Assembly (NCBI RefSeq): GCF_031769215.1 | Contig: NW_026781869.1 | Location: 558,001 to 622,000 of the forward strand | Direction of reading: 5' to 3' | Length of the DNA stretch: 64,000 bases | From: Ylistrum balloti | Lineage: Eukaryota | Shown here: in pieces, positions 11,930 to 25,990 of the stretch | Layout of the letters: each line of letters begins with the position of its first letter | Position numbering within the stretch: the first letter of the stretch is position 1 | Notes under the pieces: model-generated | Databases searched by the model: none | Told to the model about the DNA's origin: nothing | The model's input: only the letters and a program-made list of their open reading frames with translations | Made by a program: the position numbers and the translations under genes

Positions 11930-13348
11930 GTACTTTTCTGTCCGCTGATCTCCATCTGCCAGAGAGCATGGTGTGAACTGAGGTTCAGTAATGAAAACCT
12001 TCAGTAGGTTACACATAGGGTCTAACAGCTGGACTGATTTTGAGTGGTGTTCACTGATTAGTATGAAATTTTGGTGGTTTAACACCATGTCGGTAATGTA
12101 GATGTTTTCTGTTTAACTTGGTAACCTTGACTAGTTCTTTCCCATTGCTGCTGTGTCTTATAAACACTGATGTAGAGTTGGGTTCTACAGACCGGGATGT
12201 CGGTAAGCATGACTAAAATGTATCCATTAGCTACCTAGCACAAATAGCAAGGTTTTAATGGATTTGTTTTGATCCATGTAGAGGTGCAAGACTTTGTTTT
12301 CTTCCGTTCTCAGCATATAGTTGATACACATCTGTGTAGGGGATGGCATTAAGAGACGTTTATTGCCTGATATGTACAAAACATCGCGTAAAACATCGTT
12401 TTATGCAACAATTTTGATTACGTGACCATTTGAATTCAAACGCTGAATGCAATAAGTTTCGTTTTGTTTACTTCCACAGTTACTATCACCTAATAGCTTT
12501 ATCGACACTACAGTAGAAGAATTTCGAAAGAACGTTGTTATGTTTATTTTACCTCACACTTGAGCCCTTTTTGGTTCTGTGGCAATTTTAATTGTGTAGA
12601 ATCATCGGCTTGATCAGCTGAGAATTTCGGGGTGGCAATACTTCCTTCAGGTCCATCCCAAAAGATATCAAGAGTACAGACCTTGGATTCTCGAGCTTCA
12701 GAAACTGTGCCGACTGGTTGAATTGTACCTAGATCGTTAAAGTCTTGTTATACAAGTTCACAAATCAATATCTCTACATCACTTTCATCTACCAGGTGCT
12801 CTGAATTTAAGACGAGTTTTGATACTTTTGGGTTTTCCAGTGAAGTACGGGATATTTGATTTTCCACCACTGCTCACAAACTTCAAGATGATTTTTTTAA
12901 ATTTCTGTAACCTCATGTAACGATCTAATTCTTTCAACACACTTGTGTTGTGTTAGTCCAGTTTTGTCTGGGCTGTTTCTGGTGCACCACTAGTTTGATT
13001 TGGTTTCGCCTGTGTAGAAGATTTGTTTCGTCAAGTCGTATGATTCAAATGAACTTGGCGAATTTCCGCTATGCCCTGAAGATATTTTTCCAGGCTAGTA
13101 GAAGTCGGGTTTGAAACAGATTCCGCAAATTCCAGGAGAAGTTTTAATGGCTTGTGTTAGCAGTGTCTCCAGTCTGTGTTCATGATGCCTGTGTTCTATA
13201 CATAAGCCACACATAGTACATTTACATGGTATGCATATCATTATGTTTTGCTGTCCTTCATGAACTTGACAGGCCATCGTTATCAAAGAATACAATACTG
13301 TACAGGTATCCTCTGAGGCTGTTGTGTGGTCAACTTGTTAACGGCCAT
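11930..13348 (-). pseudogene. Decayed B-box / coiled-coil / NHL-like beta-propeller (RING-less TRIM-like) gene
   Basis: The minus strand reads a B-box2 pattern, CQVHEGQQNIMICIPCKCTMCGLCIEHRHHEHRLETL (13095-13295). An upstream ATG at 13348 gives MAVNKLTTQQPQRIPVQYCIL* in another frame. An NHL-like blade, ILISEHHSKSVQLLDPMCNLLKVFITEPQFTPCSLA, lies at ~11960-12070, with a possible intron at ~12368-12552. Multiple stops and frameshifts interrupt it. Confidence 0.65.
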
Positions 13349-14254
13349 TTTCAATACAGAATGACGTTACGTGGGTTGTAGAAATAAATCAGGATGCAGA
13401 AACAAAGAAAACCCCCTTATTGACATGTCACTTTACAACAATTATAACAATAGCTATTCTTCATTCATCCACACAAGGTAAGGTCAATCAATTTGTCTTC
13501 CATTCAATCCAATATCGCATCTTAATAATCATCGATATTTATCTTCATAAATCCATGTATTTTCCAACGAACATTAAGTTATAGTCTACCAGACGCTTCA
13601 CTGTCAGCTTACAAGGCAAGTCTATAGACCACGAATTTAATTGAGCTTAAGTTAAAGTGTGTTATTGTATATTGAACAGGGATACATGAACATGATAAAT
13701 TGAGAATTTATTCCAAAAAAAAAAAAACTTGAAACCAGTCATCTAAATCCTATTTAGTATATAGGAGGCTTTATTAAATTTCCAATGAAAAAAACTTATA
13801 TCATCATTGCAGTGTTGATATAAGAAATCAGATATCATGACAAATATAATATAATTTCCATAATTTTGAGCAACCCGACTCGCTCTTTCTATCCACCGAA
13901 CCGTTTTTTCTGTTCGGACACAAATGGTACGGAGGCTGAATAAGTTGGCCAAACTATCCAATAATTCCCATGTACATTTCTGGATTTCTCTAGGTTAGTA
14001 TTTAAGACAGATAAGTCAGCGATTCTTGTCAGATAACAGTATAATATGGTAGAAAACAATGAAAAGCAGCTATTAGTGATTGCGTAATCTTGAAAGTTTT
14101 CAACGCCGTCTTATTTTATGCTTGGATAGGCTTTTTTTATCTTTTCTTCGTGACTGATGCCCTCTATCTTGTTTTTGGGTCCATTGTTGAATGCATTGTT
14201 CTCATCTGTGAACGTGGCATACTTTTCTTGTTTTGACTAAGATTAGTAAGAAGA

Positions 14255-14405
14255 GTGTTGTCGATGAAGCAGAAGACGCTTACTCTTCTGGAACATTTGG
14301 TTTATTCTCCTTTTGCTTTTTAGTAGTCTCCTTGTAAATCTTCCTTTTCTTCATATTTAGCCGTACATTTAATGAATTTGAATTTGGATTATGACTATGT
14401 TCACA
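14255..14405 (+). mobile_element. Dispersed repeat copy 1 (tail of Penelope-like element)
   Basis: gatgaagcagaagacgcttactcttctggaacatttgg..., similar to copies at ~19720, ~25843 and ~34995. The last copy directly follows an RT relic. Confidence 0.6.
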
Positions 14406-17400
14406 TGTTGGTGTGTGTTTGTGCGTTCGTTTGTTTTTTACGCCTAGAGATGAAAAGGGGATAATTGGGGTAGCTCTACCATTGACTCAAATGCGGGAGC
14501 GTCCAATGCTGACGTTTATGTAGTTATGAAATAAAATGTTCTTGAAATAGAGATATTTTGCAAAACTACGAAAATTAAGCCCCACAAACGTTTATAAATC
14601 TACAGTAACATTTTCCGATGGGTCTAGATCATGCTTTTCAGCACCAATATCATGAATACTTCTCTGTAATTATAGTGAGTAATATTAAGAGCCATATCAA
14701 TGAGTTTGACGTTGGTAAATTATTGATCTGCTCTTATATTAAGGACCTTAATTCTAAAACATAGGACAGAAATAGAAAAATCTAGATAAAGTGGTGCACA
14801 AGCTTCATAATTTTTAAAATTTTGCATTTTTCAACAAATATGATAATTAAAGTACATCTATGTATTCTTAACTCTTCCTGTGAATTTATGAAAGCATGGA
14901 ATGCAAACAATGTTCGTTATTATTTAAATACTGAATGTCGTTAACATTTATTTCATAAATACAAACCGGTAATTTTATATTTTATTGTAAAATTTATTTT
15001 GTTTCAAATCTTCGTGGTCTTACCGAAAGCCTGTAAGAAACAGTATGTAATTTTCACAGAAGAACGGCTTATTTGTTCGTCTCAATGTACTATTAACATA
15101 CTAAACTTGTTCAATGATGAAGTCGCGCATCGACAATAATTGCCATGTTAACAATATACAGAAACTATAATTAGCGCTGTCATGTTTCAGCACACGACTG
15201 TCTGCGCGAAAAGCATTATATAAGAACTTCGCTAGCATATATATATGTCTACGTTTTTTTAATTTTCTTTCCTCCACGTAAATAGCGAAAAATAGTACTG
15301 AACCCCATAAAAAACACGTTACAGTACACGTAGCACAACAAACTAGCATAATCAGAGCTAGGTAATGTCATCATCCACTTCATATTTAGCTTAACGAGTT
15401 AAAGGACTTATTTAATTTTAATGAAACGCTGAGGGAAAAAAGTGAACGACTATATACCATATCTATGTAACTACTTAAGTAATGAAACTCCATTAGGTAG
15501 AATTTCTTAGTGTATTTTTTTTATTTTTTTTTATTTTTTGGGTTTTGTTTTTGTTTTTGTTTTTGTTTTTTGTTTTTTCTTTGTTTTTTTCTTCATTTTT
15601 TACAGTATTTCTGTATTTTGGATATTGGCTTCGCTAAGGACGATTAAACGAGGTTACTGATATTAAATAAAGGCTTTAAAATATCGCAGATATATCTTTG
15701 GCACATACACTTAAACATAGAATTTAATTAATATGGACATGAGCAAGTCTAGAGAGGTAACCATGGAGATATATAGAAGTCGGCTATCGGAATGATGAAA
15801 CACAACACTGGTCTAGGCACGCTTACAACAATCAATGATAAAACATAATTATGAACTTTAGCGATTGATATCATGTTCCCTTTACAAACATAACTGACAA
15901 TATTTAGCACACCTAATGTAGTTTCGGGAAGAAAAGGTCAACTATCTGGCTCTCTGAAGCGCTTAACGGTCGTTTTAATGAAAGTCATCACAGTCGGAAA
16001 GATGTTTTCTTAGCAGTATTGATCCTTTTTATGGCAGACATGATTAGAATATTGTTTGATTTTTCAAAAGACAGCTTGATTGTTCGCCTGATTTGCATGT
16101 TAGAGTGATTGTTGCGGTGTTTGGGATCACCAGTACAATGGACTTGTCAAGAATATTGTAAAATAGCCCGACAGATTTCTGACAATGTTACGTTTTTCTA
16201 CAATGTATTTGCCAATGGTTTGTCATTACTGGACATATAAATCAGGAAAACAAGAAAATTGTGTTTAAGTTAGCCTCGTAAAGTCAGAAACTGACAACGT
16301 AGACACATCATCAATAAATACATCCATCATAACCGAAGTAAACACAAGGAAAAAATGCACAGAATGGTTAGGTTTTATGTTTCCTGCTTTAAACACATAA
16401 CTTGTAAATCTAAATTATACATGTACTACAGGAACGACGCTTTATTTTTGCAAATCTTAATTACATTTAGGAATCAATATACATTCATAATAAATTTAGA
16501 AACAACTTTCTCTGATCATATAAAGATTATTTTTTATTATTTTAAAGCTCTTTTCGTTTTATAGATCAGAAAACTAATTAAGGGACCAGGTTTAAATCAA
16601 ATTTGAATTCAATGTTAAATGCACCAAAACGAGCTTCATGTAAACTATATGCGTTGGTTATTCCTGGTTCTGAACAGCTATAATAGTATCAGAATTGATA
16701 ACTGTGAAATCCTAAGTTCCCACTTTAACACGTAATGGTTTGTATTGGAAGGATATTTCAAACTTTAAAATTTGGTTTATTATAAAATCAACAAAAAATG
16801 TACTTTTGAGTCTTTTGCAGCTAAAATGCGAAATAATAGCCTGGTTTTTTTACAAGATTTAGTCCTAAACTAATACCAATGTTCCATTTTCCTGTTTAAT
16901 CAATCAAATTTTCTTATTTCACAATGGTTTTGATATTATTTTATCTCAAACACGGTTTTTGTTAATACAAAAATTGAAATAATTGAATAATAAGTATAGG
17001 AAGCTGGTCACAAGATTTTTAACGGAATATTGTCTGGATAAACTTCGGAGGTTACGGACTATACTGTATTACCACCAAAAGGTCAGTTTTCTATCGATTC
17101 TGTTATCATCTATAAAGAGTTTGAAATGAAACTTACATCTGATATATCAAAATTGCTATAACATCATCTCGTCATTACAGCTTAAATCCGCAGAAGCAAA
17201 ATGCGTCGACTCTTGAAATTCTCATTTTCAAATAATTCGACAAACTAGCAATGTACAACACTAATAGAATCGCAAAAATTACTTCACTGGCTCAGCTTTT
17301 GTATTTCTTCACCTTGCGTCGGTGAATTTTTCTTTTTCTTTTTTATCTATTATATATGAAGCGTCTCACTGGTACTGACAGTTTCAGGATCGACATGATA

Positions 17401-17920
17401 TAATGTTAGGTTGTATATTTAAGAATATAGAATAAGATGTAACAATTTACATATCTCTACATACAAAACGTTTATATAACTGTGTCACTATATTTTTTTA
17501 TATTTATGTGAAAAACTCTTAATTGAAACTGAAAACAATAAAAGAGGAAAACGTAAATAAAAAATAAATAATAACACGTAGTCCCTTGAAAAAGAAATAA
17601 GATAAATGGAGCAAGCGTTCTAGAAGGGTAAGCGTCGTTTTGGTCAATTAAAGTGAGTCATATGTTAAATGAGGGCAACGCTGATGACAACAATAAATGA
17701 CAAGCATACAATAGGGAGGTCAAAACGTATATCTTCCAAAATAAGAATATGATGACGATCACAAAACTTTCGTAAATCATGATATAAACACCCACCATAG
17801 AAAAATGGCAGGAAAACAGTTTCTCAATGAAGAGTATTGTTAAGATGCAGAAAGGCAAAAATATATTGAAAAAGATTAAAACTATACTCTACCATAGTTC
17901 AGACAGCTAGCAAGATATAG

Positions 17921-18070
17921 AGTTGCCATTTTATATAGCGTAATATTGTCTTAAATCGATGACGTGACCAATTTTGACGCACAATTCAAGGGACAAGAGT
18001 TGTCATTTTATACAGCGTAACCTTGTCCTAAATCGATGACGTGACCAATTTTGACGCACAATTCATGGGA
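17921..18070. repeat. Two-copy 77-bp tandem duplication
   Basis: agttg.cattttata.agcgtaa..ttgtc.taaatcgatgacgtgaccaattttgacgcacaattca starts at 17921 and again at 17998. Confidence 0.85.
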
Positions 18071-18589
18071 TTATGATGATGGCGATATAATAAGGTCTCA
18101 ATCAAATGGCATTTTGTTACTGTTTGTTACTGTGTGGAAACAAAAATTAAGCTCGTCTTATTCCGTGGGCATATATTGTGATGACCAGCCAAACTTTTAC
18201 GTGATGGTTGCGATATCCTGTCCGCGAAACAGACCTATGTAAGTGATATCATGGCACTATATATTTGATCGCCGAAATATGTTTTGTGCATAGAAATGGT
18301 TCTTGTATTTGAGGTCGTTCAAAAATTTCTTTCCGAGCAATACATCTGTATGTATATTTAAATCATTCTGATAAAACAACTCTGAATTAGTTTATTTTGG
18401 CAATTCGATTAAATATTCTTAAGAGTTGCACATAATGGCGTTAACAGTCTATCAATTTGAGAAGAAAAAAAAAACGAAAAATGAAATATTTAAATTTAAA
18501 CTTGATATATTTCACAACAGTTGTGAAAACAAGCAATCATAACTTGTAACAAATCACTTTTTTTTCGTTAGACATGTGTTAATCACTCC

Positions 18590-18735
18590 TGTTGGCCAGG
18601 ATGGAAGTGCTCGAGGGGTCTTAATGAGGATGGAAACCAAGATAACCACGGGAAACCCAAGTGATACGTCGTTAACCCAATAACATTTTGTGGTCGTTGA
18701 GCCCCTGGAAGGCGAGCTCGCTACCACTGCTAACG
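18590..18735 (-). mobile_element. Possible degraded tRNA-derived SINE fragment
   Basis: ...ggaaggcgagctcgctaccactgc resembles the reverse complement of a tRNA-like SINE head. The match is weak. Confidence 0.25.
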
Positions 18736-19719
18736 AAATTTATTGAATGTATTTTATCATAAAAGGAACAACTCCAGATTGTTACCCAGTCGCCTCCAAG
18801 GCATTAACTCCTTAGGCCATTAGCATCAATGACAAATCCCAGAAGATTAAAAAAAACTACACGATAGAGTTTAATTTAACCCTTGGTTTAATTAATCTTA
18901 CTTAATTTGAATTTTTGACAGTAAAAATATTAAACATTAGCTATAACATGACCTATTTAGCCAGTCAATGCTTTGGTTAGTTCCAGTTCATTCTGTCATG
19001 ACAAGGTGTGCACAGCCATTCCTACTGATTACATCACGACGAATAGTTCCAAATTAAGGTATGCCAGTCTATAAATCAATTCAGTGATCTTTCTACTTGA
19101 TAACCTTTTAACTGTCCATATTTTACATGTTTAATAGAAATCAATAGTATGATGGTTTTTTTACTCGAGTCCTTTGATACGTCATTCCTGAAGGTACAGC
19201 AGCTTGTTGATAAAGTGGGTAAGTTGTAAGAACCTGCCTATTGATACTGGATGAGTTGACATCCGATGTTTTGTATACACACAATATCACATATATCCAA
19301 ATATAAAAGCTTTCAATAAGCAGATGTTTGCATTTATCGACTGTGGCAGAGACAAGATTATTAGAATATTATATATTCTAAAGAATAAGTTCTTACATAT
19401 TATGTTTCAAAACGACTGAAGTATTACCCATATAAAAGTGTAATCTTACTGCCTGTAAACTTTTTTGAACTACAGTGGCTAAAAGTGCAAACGGCATATC
19501 ATGAAGATTTCTCAAAATTGCGCTTCACGAAAATAACTTTATTAAAGACGAAATTGTTACAAAACATAATAAAGCTTAATGCAGTTAATAAAAATAGAGG
19601 CTACTTCCGAGATTGCGATTTTCGATGGTTCAAATCTTCGCGGGTTAAATAAAACTATAATTTCAAAACCAAATTGATGTATTTAACGCGGATTTTAATC
19701 ATAGCCATTTTCGACGTCA

Positions 19720-19870
19720 ACACATGGCGGATGTTGTCAATGAAGCAGAAGACGCTTCCTCATCCGAAACACCTGGTCTTATTTGCCTTCTACTTTTTCA
19801 GCATTCTCCATATAAATCTTTCTTTTGTTCATATTTTTATTCGTAGTTTTATTGAATTTTAGCAAATGGC
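19720..19870 (+). mobile_element. Dispersed repeat copy 2 (tail of Penelope-like element)
   Basis: catggcggatgttgtcaatgaagcagaagacgcttcctcatccgaaacacctggtcttatt... Confidence 0.6.
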
Positions 19871-22800
19871 TGACATATTGGTATTTTCTTTATGTTTCCT
19901 TACTGGGTATGAATTTCAAATAATTATAAAACACACTTAAGACGTTTAAAATGTTTAGATTAAATAATCAGATATATTTGTATATGCTTATCAGATACTT
20001 ATTTTTGAAATAATGAATACTTGAAGTGAAGGATAACAAAAATTGTGCAAAAGACACACCAGCAAATGGTATCTATTAATACAAATTTTGAATGAGGAAC
20101 AATAGAGATAAACATTGAAATAAACTGCATCATTCAGCTGTAAAAAAATCGTACTTACTATCGTATATACATAGAAAGTAAATCGATATTCAAACAAGCT
20201 TTAATAAAACCACGGGGGGTGACGTAGAAGAGGACCCAATAAAGATTACAGGCAATGCATTCCTAATTAAATCTTAATTCGTATTATCGAAAACTTAAAA
20301 CTGCAGAAAAGGGACAAAATCCGCTTACGATCCGACATCCTGTATCGTGTAAATTCTTTAGAAATGAGCGTGCATGAACAGAATAAGAGAAAATAGCTTT
20401 GGGTATCCATGAATACGCTTCGTCACGAGAAATGGAAAGGATTTTTACAAGATTGCTTGGTTAAATAGGCTTCGATTGATAAGGGGTTGAAACACCCCAT
20501 AATAAGGTATTGTTGTGTGCAATGAGAAGAGAGACCACATCCTGAGCCATGTAAAGACCGCGTATGCATTCTTTTTATTTCGTATTATCCGCTATCATTA
20601 AGCTGAAATCCACACAGCCATGAGAGCAGAACGCAATTTGTATGGACTCTGCAAGACACTTTCCAAATAACCTATACATCGAATTATGACATGAAGAAGG
20701 GGTTTTGTTCAGTTGAACATTGATAACCATGCTATATGTCTGGGATTATTCAGGTGCTTTCGTGCAAACATAAGTACTCATTTAGGAATACTAAATACAA
20801 TTTATCAAGCTTGTAGATTACTTTGCTCATCCTGAACCAGTTGAGCACAATGGAAAGCAACTGAATCTGATTCGAGATTTAGTTTTGGATATAATTTTCT
20901 TTAATAAATATGTGTTAATTACAATGTATTGAAAACACACGCAAGAAAACGTACGGTTGCATGACAGACGTATGGACCTCAAGAAAACCATCATCAGCAG
21001 ACTTCAATATCACAAAAATGTTTCTGAACGATGTGTTCAGACAGTATATAAATCACGAGAAAATCCATTATGTTATTGGAAGAAAGTTTGTAATATGTAG
21101 TTTAATCAATTAGAAGGTTAAAAGTGTGTACAGTTTTTAAAAATCATATAGAGCCTGAGAGAGAGAGAGATGTCTCATACACAGAGATTATTAGAAGGTA
21201 AAGGTGAAGGAATGAAGGATTGAAAACCAAAAACCCTCCAACATTTAACAAATATAAAGGTCAATGTAAGGTCATTCTGTTCATTATACTGATTATATTA
21301 TTACGCCTTGCTGTACAACATTACTCTATCGATAAACAGATGGCAAAATGATAATGAAGATTGTTTATTATCAATAAATGTATATAAATCAAAAGGAATA
21401 GTAATTACATACAAGACAGTTTTTAAACATATGTAGATAATTTTAAGAGTTCATTGCGTACATTTGATTTGACTATAACTTTGTAAAATAACTAAACTAA
21501 TATTTTTCAAAGGTAGATTGATATGTAGGAAGTCGAGGGTAAACTAGTGAATAAACACTTCGCTATGTAAAATAAATTTTAAAGGGATTGTAATAAAAAA
21601 TAGAGAACTTCTCTTAATACCAAATGTTGTTGAAAACTTATATTAGTAAACATCATCGATATAAAGAATTGCAAAAAAACACAGAAGTGAAAAACATTGT
21701 CCAAGACAACATTAGATAGAGATGCAGTAGGTGTTTATATCATACAGCATATAGTTGTTCTCGTCCTACCAGGATTCATCACTAACGTCTATAGGGTTAC
21801 TATATGGAGATCAAAAAGTCAAATAAGTAAAATCGAAATCAAAAGGAAGAAACAGTTGCAATTGATACTTTTTTATCATATTATTATTATATAACAGGAA
21901 TATAACGATGTACCAAACAACTGACAAAAGCAAGTGCCGGAGACTATATTAAAACTAACTCAACGTAAAATTAATTTGTTTAAACGGCGAACATTTTACA
22001 GGTCTGAATATTATTATGAACATTAACCAGATTGCTTGTTTAAACATCTGATTGTTCTTCCATAATATGCCGCCTTTCATCCCCATTAAAATAATTGTTT
22101 AAACAATTACACTTAAGCCACTACGAATCTGTTTGAGGTGTAGTAAAAAATGTGACAACTACAGCATTTACCAAAGTATAAGCAATCATTATACTCACGA
22201 CGCATATAATGTGGGCAGCATCAAAGGATCGCTTGGTAAAACAGATCTCTTTAAAACAATAACAATGTTATAATCATTTTGCAACCTCGATTTCACAATA
22301 ACGAATTTTCTTGAAATTAAAAACGCTACATAGTTGCCAATTTTTATAAATAACAGCATCTAAAATTAGCTGTTTTTGTTCATCGAAAATCAAATCTCCT
22401 CGAATATATATCATCGCTTTGAGATAAAACATTTTGAGGACATTTAAATCAGAAATAAATAATTTAGATAATGATTTAATAGACTTTGCTAAATTTTAAT
22501 ACTGAAAAAGTAATAAACATCAAAATTTCGCACAATATTTATCTGACAAACACTTTGAAATGTGTTAATTGATAAATGGTATGAAGATAAGTCGTGTATA
22601 AATTGTTAACTCAATTTCGATGAGTTACATTTTCATACAAAAATGGTGTTGGAAAAAGAATAAAATTCACATTTTAGACTAACATTTATCCCTTTCAAAA
22701 TTAGCTACATTAAAGAGCTTGGTGACGATAACTGTATAAGAGACCGAAACTGATTTTAATATCTAAAACTGCCAGAATTCATTTGGTTGTATTATCAGGA

Positions 22801-25800
22801 GTATGCTTCAACGACAGTGTTCGCTGCGATACCATTTATAGTCGATAAATAGCAGAACAACTTAATGAAAAGAATACCATAAATATCCTTGTGTTATCTT
22901 TATGGCCAAGGTTGAAAGGCCTTCATTATTTACCGATGTTGAGATTTCATCAAACTCGTAATAAATTGTCGCCATGCAAATGAAAGTTGCCATAGAGGGA
23001 TGTTTTACAAAGGGATTCATAGCAGTTAAGTTACAGAGATAAACAAAACAATGTCGAGGTAAACAAACATATGGACATGCTTCGCGTCTCTTCAAAGGGT
23101 TAAATAGGCATCGCGTAATAACAGTGTGATATTATATCTTTTACAGATATTAATTATTCTGCTCCCTGGGATAATAATATCATAATGTTACTGAACACGG
23201 ACAATATAATAACCCTTTGAAATGAGTACGCTCGACCCGTTGTTACATTATTGTTTAGAAATGAAATGAAAAAAAATTAAACCAATACCACTGCCATGCC
23301 ACTCTGTTTTATCAACTATCAACTCTGTTTTATAACTATGAAATGCAGGCCTGAACAGAAGACATATCAGTTTCACAGAAGTAAACGTATTTTCCTGAAA
23401 ATTGCTGTATTCTGTCATCAATATCAAATTTGATATAATAAATGCAATAATGAATTAATGCAATGACAATTATTGTTCTATTAATGACATACATATATTA
23501 AAATTACTGCAGTCATATTTTAATGAAATATTATTAGTGCGGAAAGTACTTGAATATGATTACCGCTAGCATATATAGAGTACCTTCATATTGTTCTGAA
23601 AAACTTAATCATTTTGAGGCACTTTGTTTTGAAATATAAATTAAAAATTGTGACAAAATAGACACATGAAAATAAAACTTACAGGAAAACATTCCAAGTC
23701 TGTGTCAAGGCTTTCATGAAGACTTATACTTTCTTTGCTTCAAGCATTTCGTAAACGCATAAAAATTAAAATCATACAAACCAAATTTTAAAGTGCACTT
23801 TCGTCGGTTATATCGAAGTTTGTATATAATGTTCAGTGATTTTAGAAGTTTTCGTGATGCCAGCTGTACACACACATTTGGAGTGTATATGTACAAGCAA
23901 ATAGGTACGTATTTTCTTCTATCTGTGCCGACAATAGTGCAATTGATATAAGGTTATATAACTCGTTTCTCAGTTATATATCAGCGTGGTAAATATGAAA
24001 TCTGTGTAATGAGAACTAAATGTAGTGCTGTATATTAACACTTAGCTCTTACAGAAGTGGTTATGGGAATATTGAACAGTGTCAAATGGTTCTTCAGAAC
24101 TATATCGCAAGGGAAAATCTCCAGCAGAGTATTAAAAGTCGCTCTGATTCTTTTTCTTCACTATCAATAATCAAGTGCATACTCACAATAAAACTGACAC
24201 GAATCATCGTTAATTATAAGCTGAATATCGAGACCCTTCGGACATGTTCCACCAGCCCAATAAACAATATTCTTTCTCACTAATCAAGTGGTCATTTATT
24301 GAAATGTGTCTATTGCAAATGCTGAGAAATCCGTTAAACCTAGTATTTCAATGGTTCATATTTCTTTGAATTAACAGTTTAGCAACATCAAAAGATCACT
24401 GCATTGGAAACCTTCTCTTGTTTCCCTTTTCAGAATTGTGTTGACATGTCGGTATTTTCTTGTTTTGTATAAGTATACGACTTGCTATATTTTGCAACGA
24501 ATACATTATCTTCTTTTCATCACAGAAAGAAAAAGAGACAAAAACCTTCAGTGAAATTATATCAATCTTATCCTCTTTCTAACGTTATCGTCTCTTCCTG
24601 TCAACGATGTTGTCGATTTGTTTCTCCATTCCCTTTGTTCTTAAAAAATATCAAGAAATATAGAGATATCAAAAAATTGTAATGCAAATTAAATGCAAAA
24701 TATATGAAAATACATGAACAAAGGAAAAAAATGAAAACTTTCTATGAGGGCACCTGTTCCGGATAGCTAATAATTTCTTTCTTCATCGATGCTTCCCATT
24801 ATATCGATGTTGACCAGCCGAAGTTACCACGTAAGCGAAGTTACTTTTTCAAATCGAAACAACAGTTTCACAGATTTTTATGTTCACAAGAAAACGAAGG
24901 AAGAATCAGTTAAATGTTCATTGCTCTGAAGACTAAGAACACGAGAATGATGCATGTCCTCTATGTACCAGAAAGTTTGAACGTTCTATAATATATTCAA
25001 ATTCTACCTATTTATCCAGGGGTCGTTAGGTAGAGTGTTCGTTTACGCGTTTCGCGTAAAGATCCAAGATGCGTTGTTCGACATTCTCTGACTGTGGCTA
25101 TATGTGTTTCTCAGGACTTTGAAAACGCAAAGACTTTTTGTAGCCATTCTTTGTTGGTACCATGACCTATACATTAAAACAGTTTCATAGAGAGAGATAT
25201 CACAAACATTACAAACAAACAATAAATTCTCATGTTTCGCTAATTATTGGGTATCTCGAGATGTAGACCATATTTCTGAAGAGACACTGGAGAAGGATCG
25301 GAATTTTCTTTGATTATTTTTCCTTTTAATTTTTTTTATTTACAATCACATTTTGGCCTTAACAAAACTTCAACTCTTGTTGAGGCGCAACATTGATGTA
25401 AAGGACTCTTTTTTTAATTAATTCGTTGGAAAACATCAATTCTTCTACATCTGCCGCTTTCCTCAATATTTTCCTGCAACGAAACCAGCAAGGATAGCTT
25501 TCTCACAAGCTATGTGCATAGCACAGGAGTGATGATTCGATTTCCCTAACTTGAATTCCTTTTTTTGATATTGTCATAAATGCTTCCCGGTGACTTTCTC
25601 ATGTCGCAGTTGATTCTATATTAAAGGGTTTGTTCGCAAAATATCTTTCTAAATGAAAGATGTCGACGACTGACAGATAAATTCAGAACTCAGGATTTCG
25701 GGAAAATCAGGTAGATGAAGATTATAGGTAAGTGTTATGGTGGTCACAATGCCTGGTGGTTCTGTTGTTGTAGACCCTTTACTCAAGTGAGACATTTACT

Positions 25801-25842
25801 TACTTAGATTAACCAATATTTACATGGTAGATATCTTCGATT

Positions 25843-25990
25843 TAGCCGAAGATGCTTACTCTTCCGGAACACCTGGTCTTATTCTCCTTGTACTTTTCAG
25901 GAGTCTGCGTGTATCATTTAACTATTTTACTTATTTTCTTTCAATAAATTTGAGTTATATTTGATATTTTGTTATCATGTTGGCATTTTC
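25843..25990 (+). mobile_element. Dispersed repeat copy 3 (tail of Penelope-like element)
   Basis: gccgaagatgcttactcttccggaacacctggtcttattctccttgtacttttcaggagtc... Confidence 0.6.
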
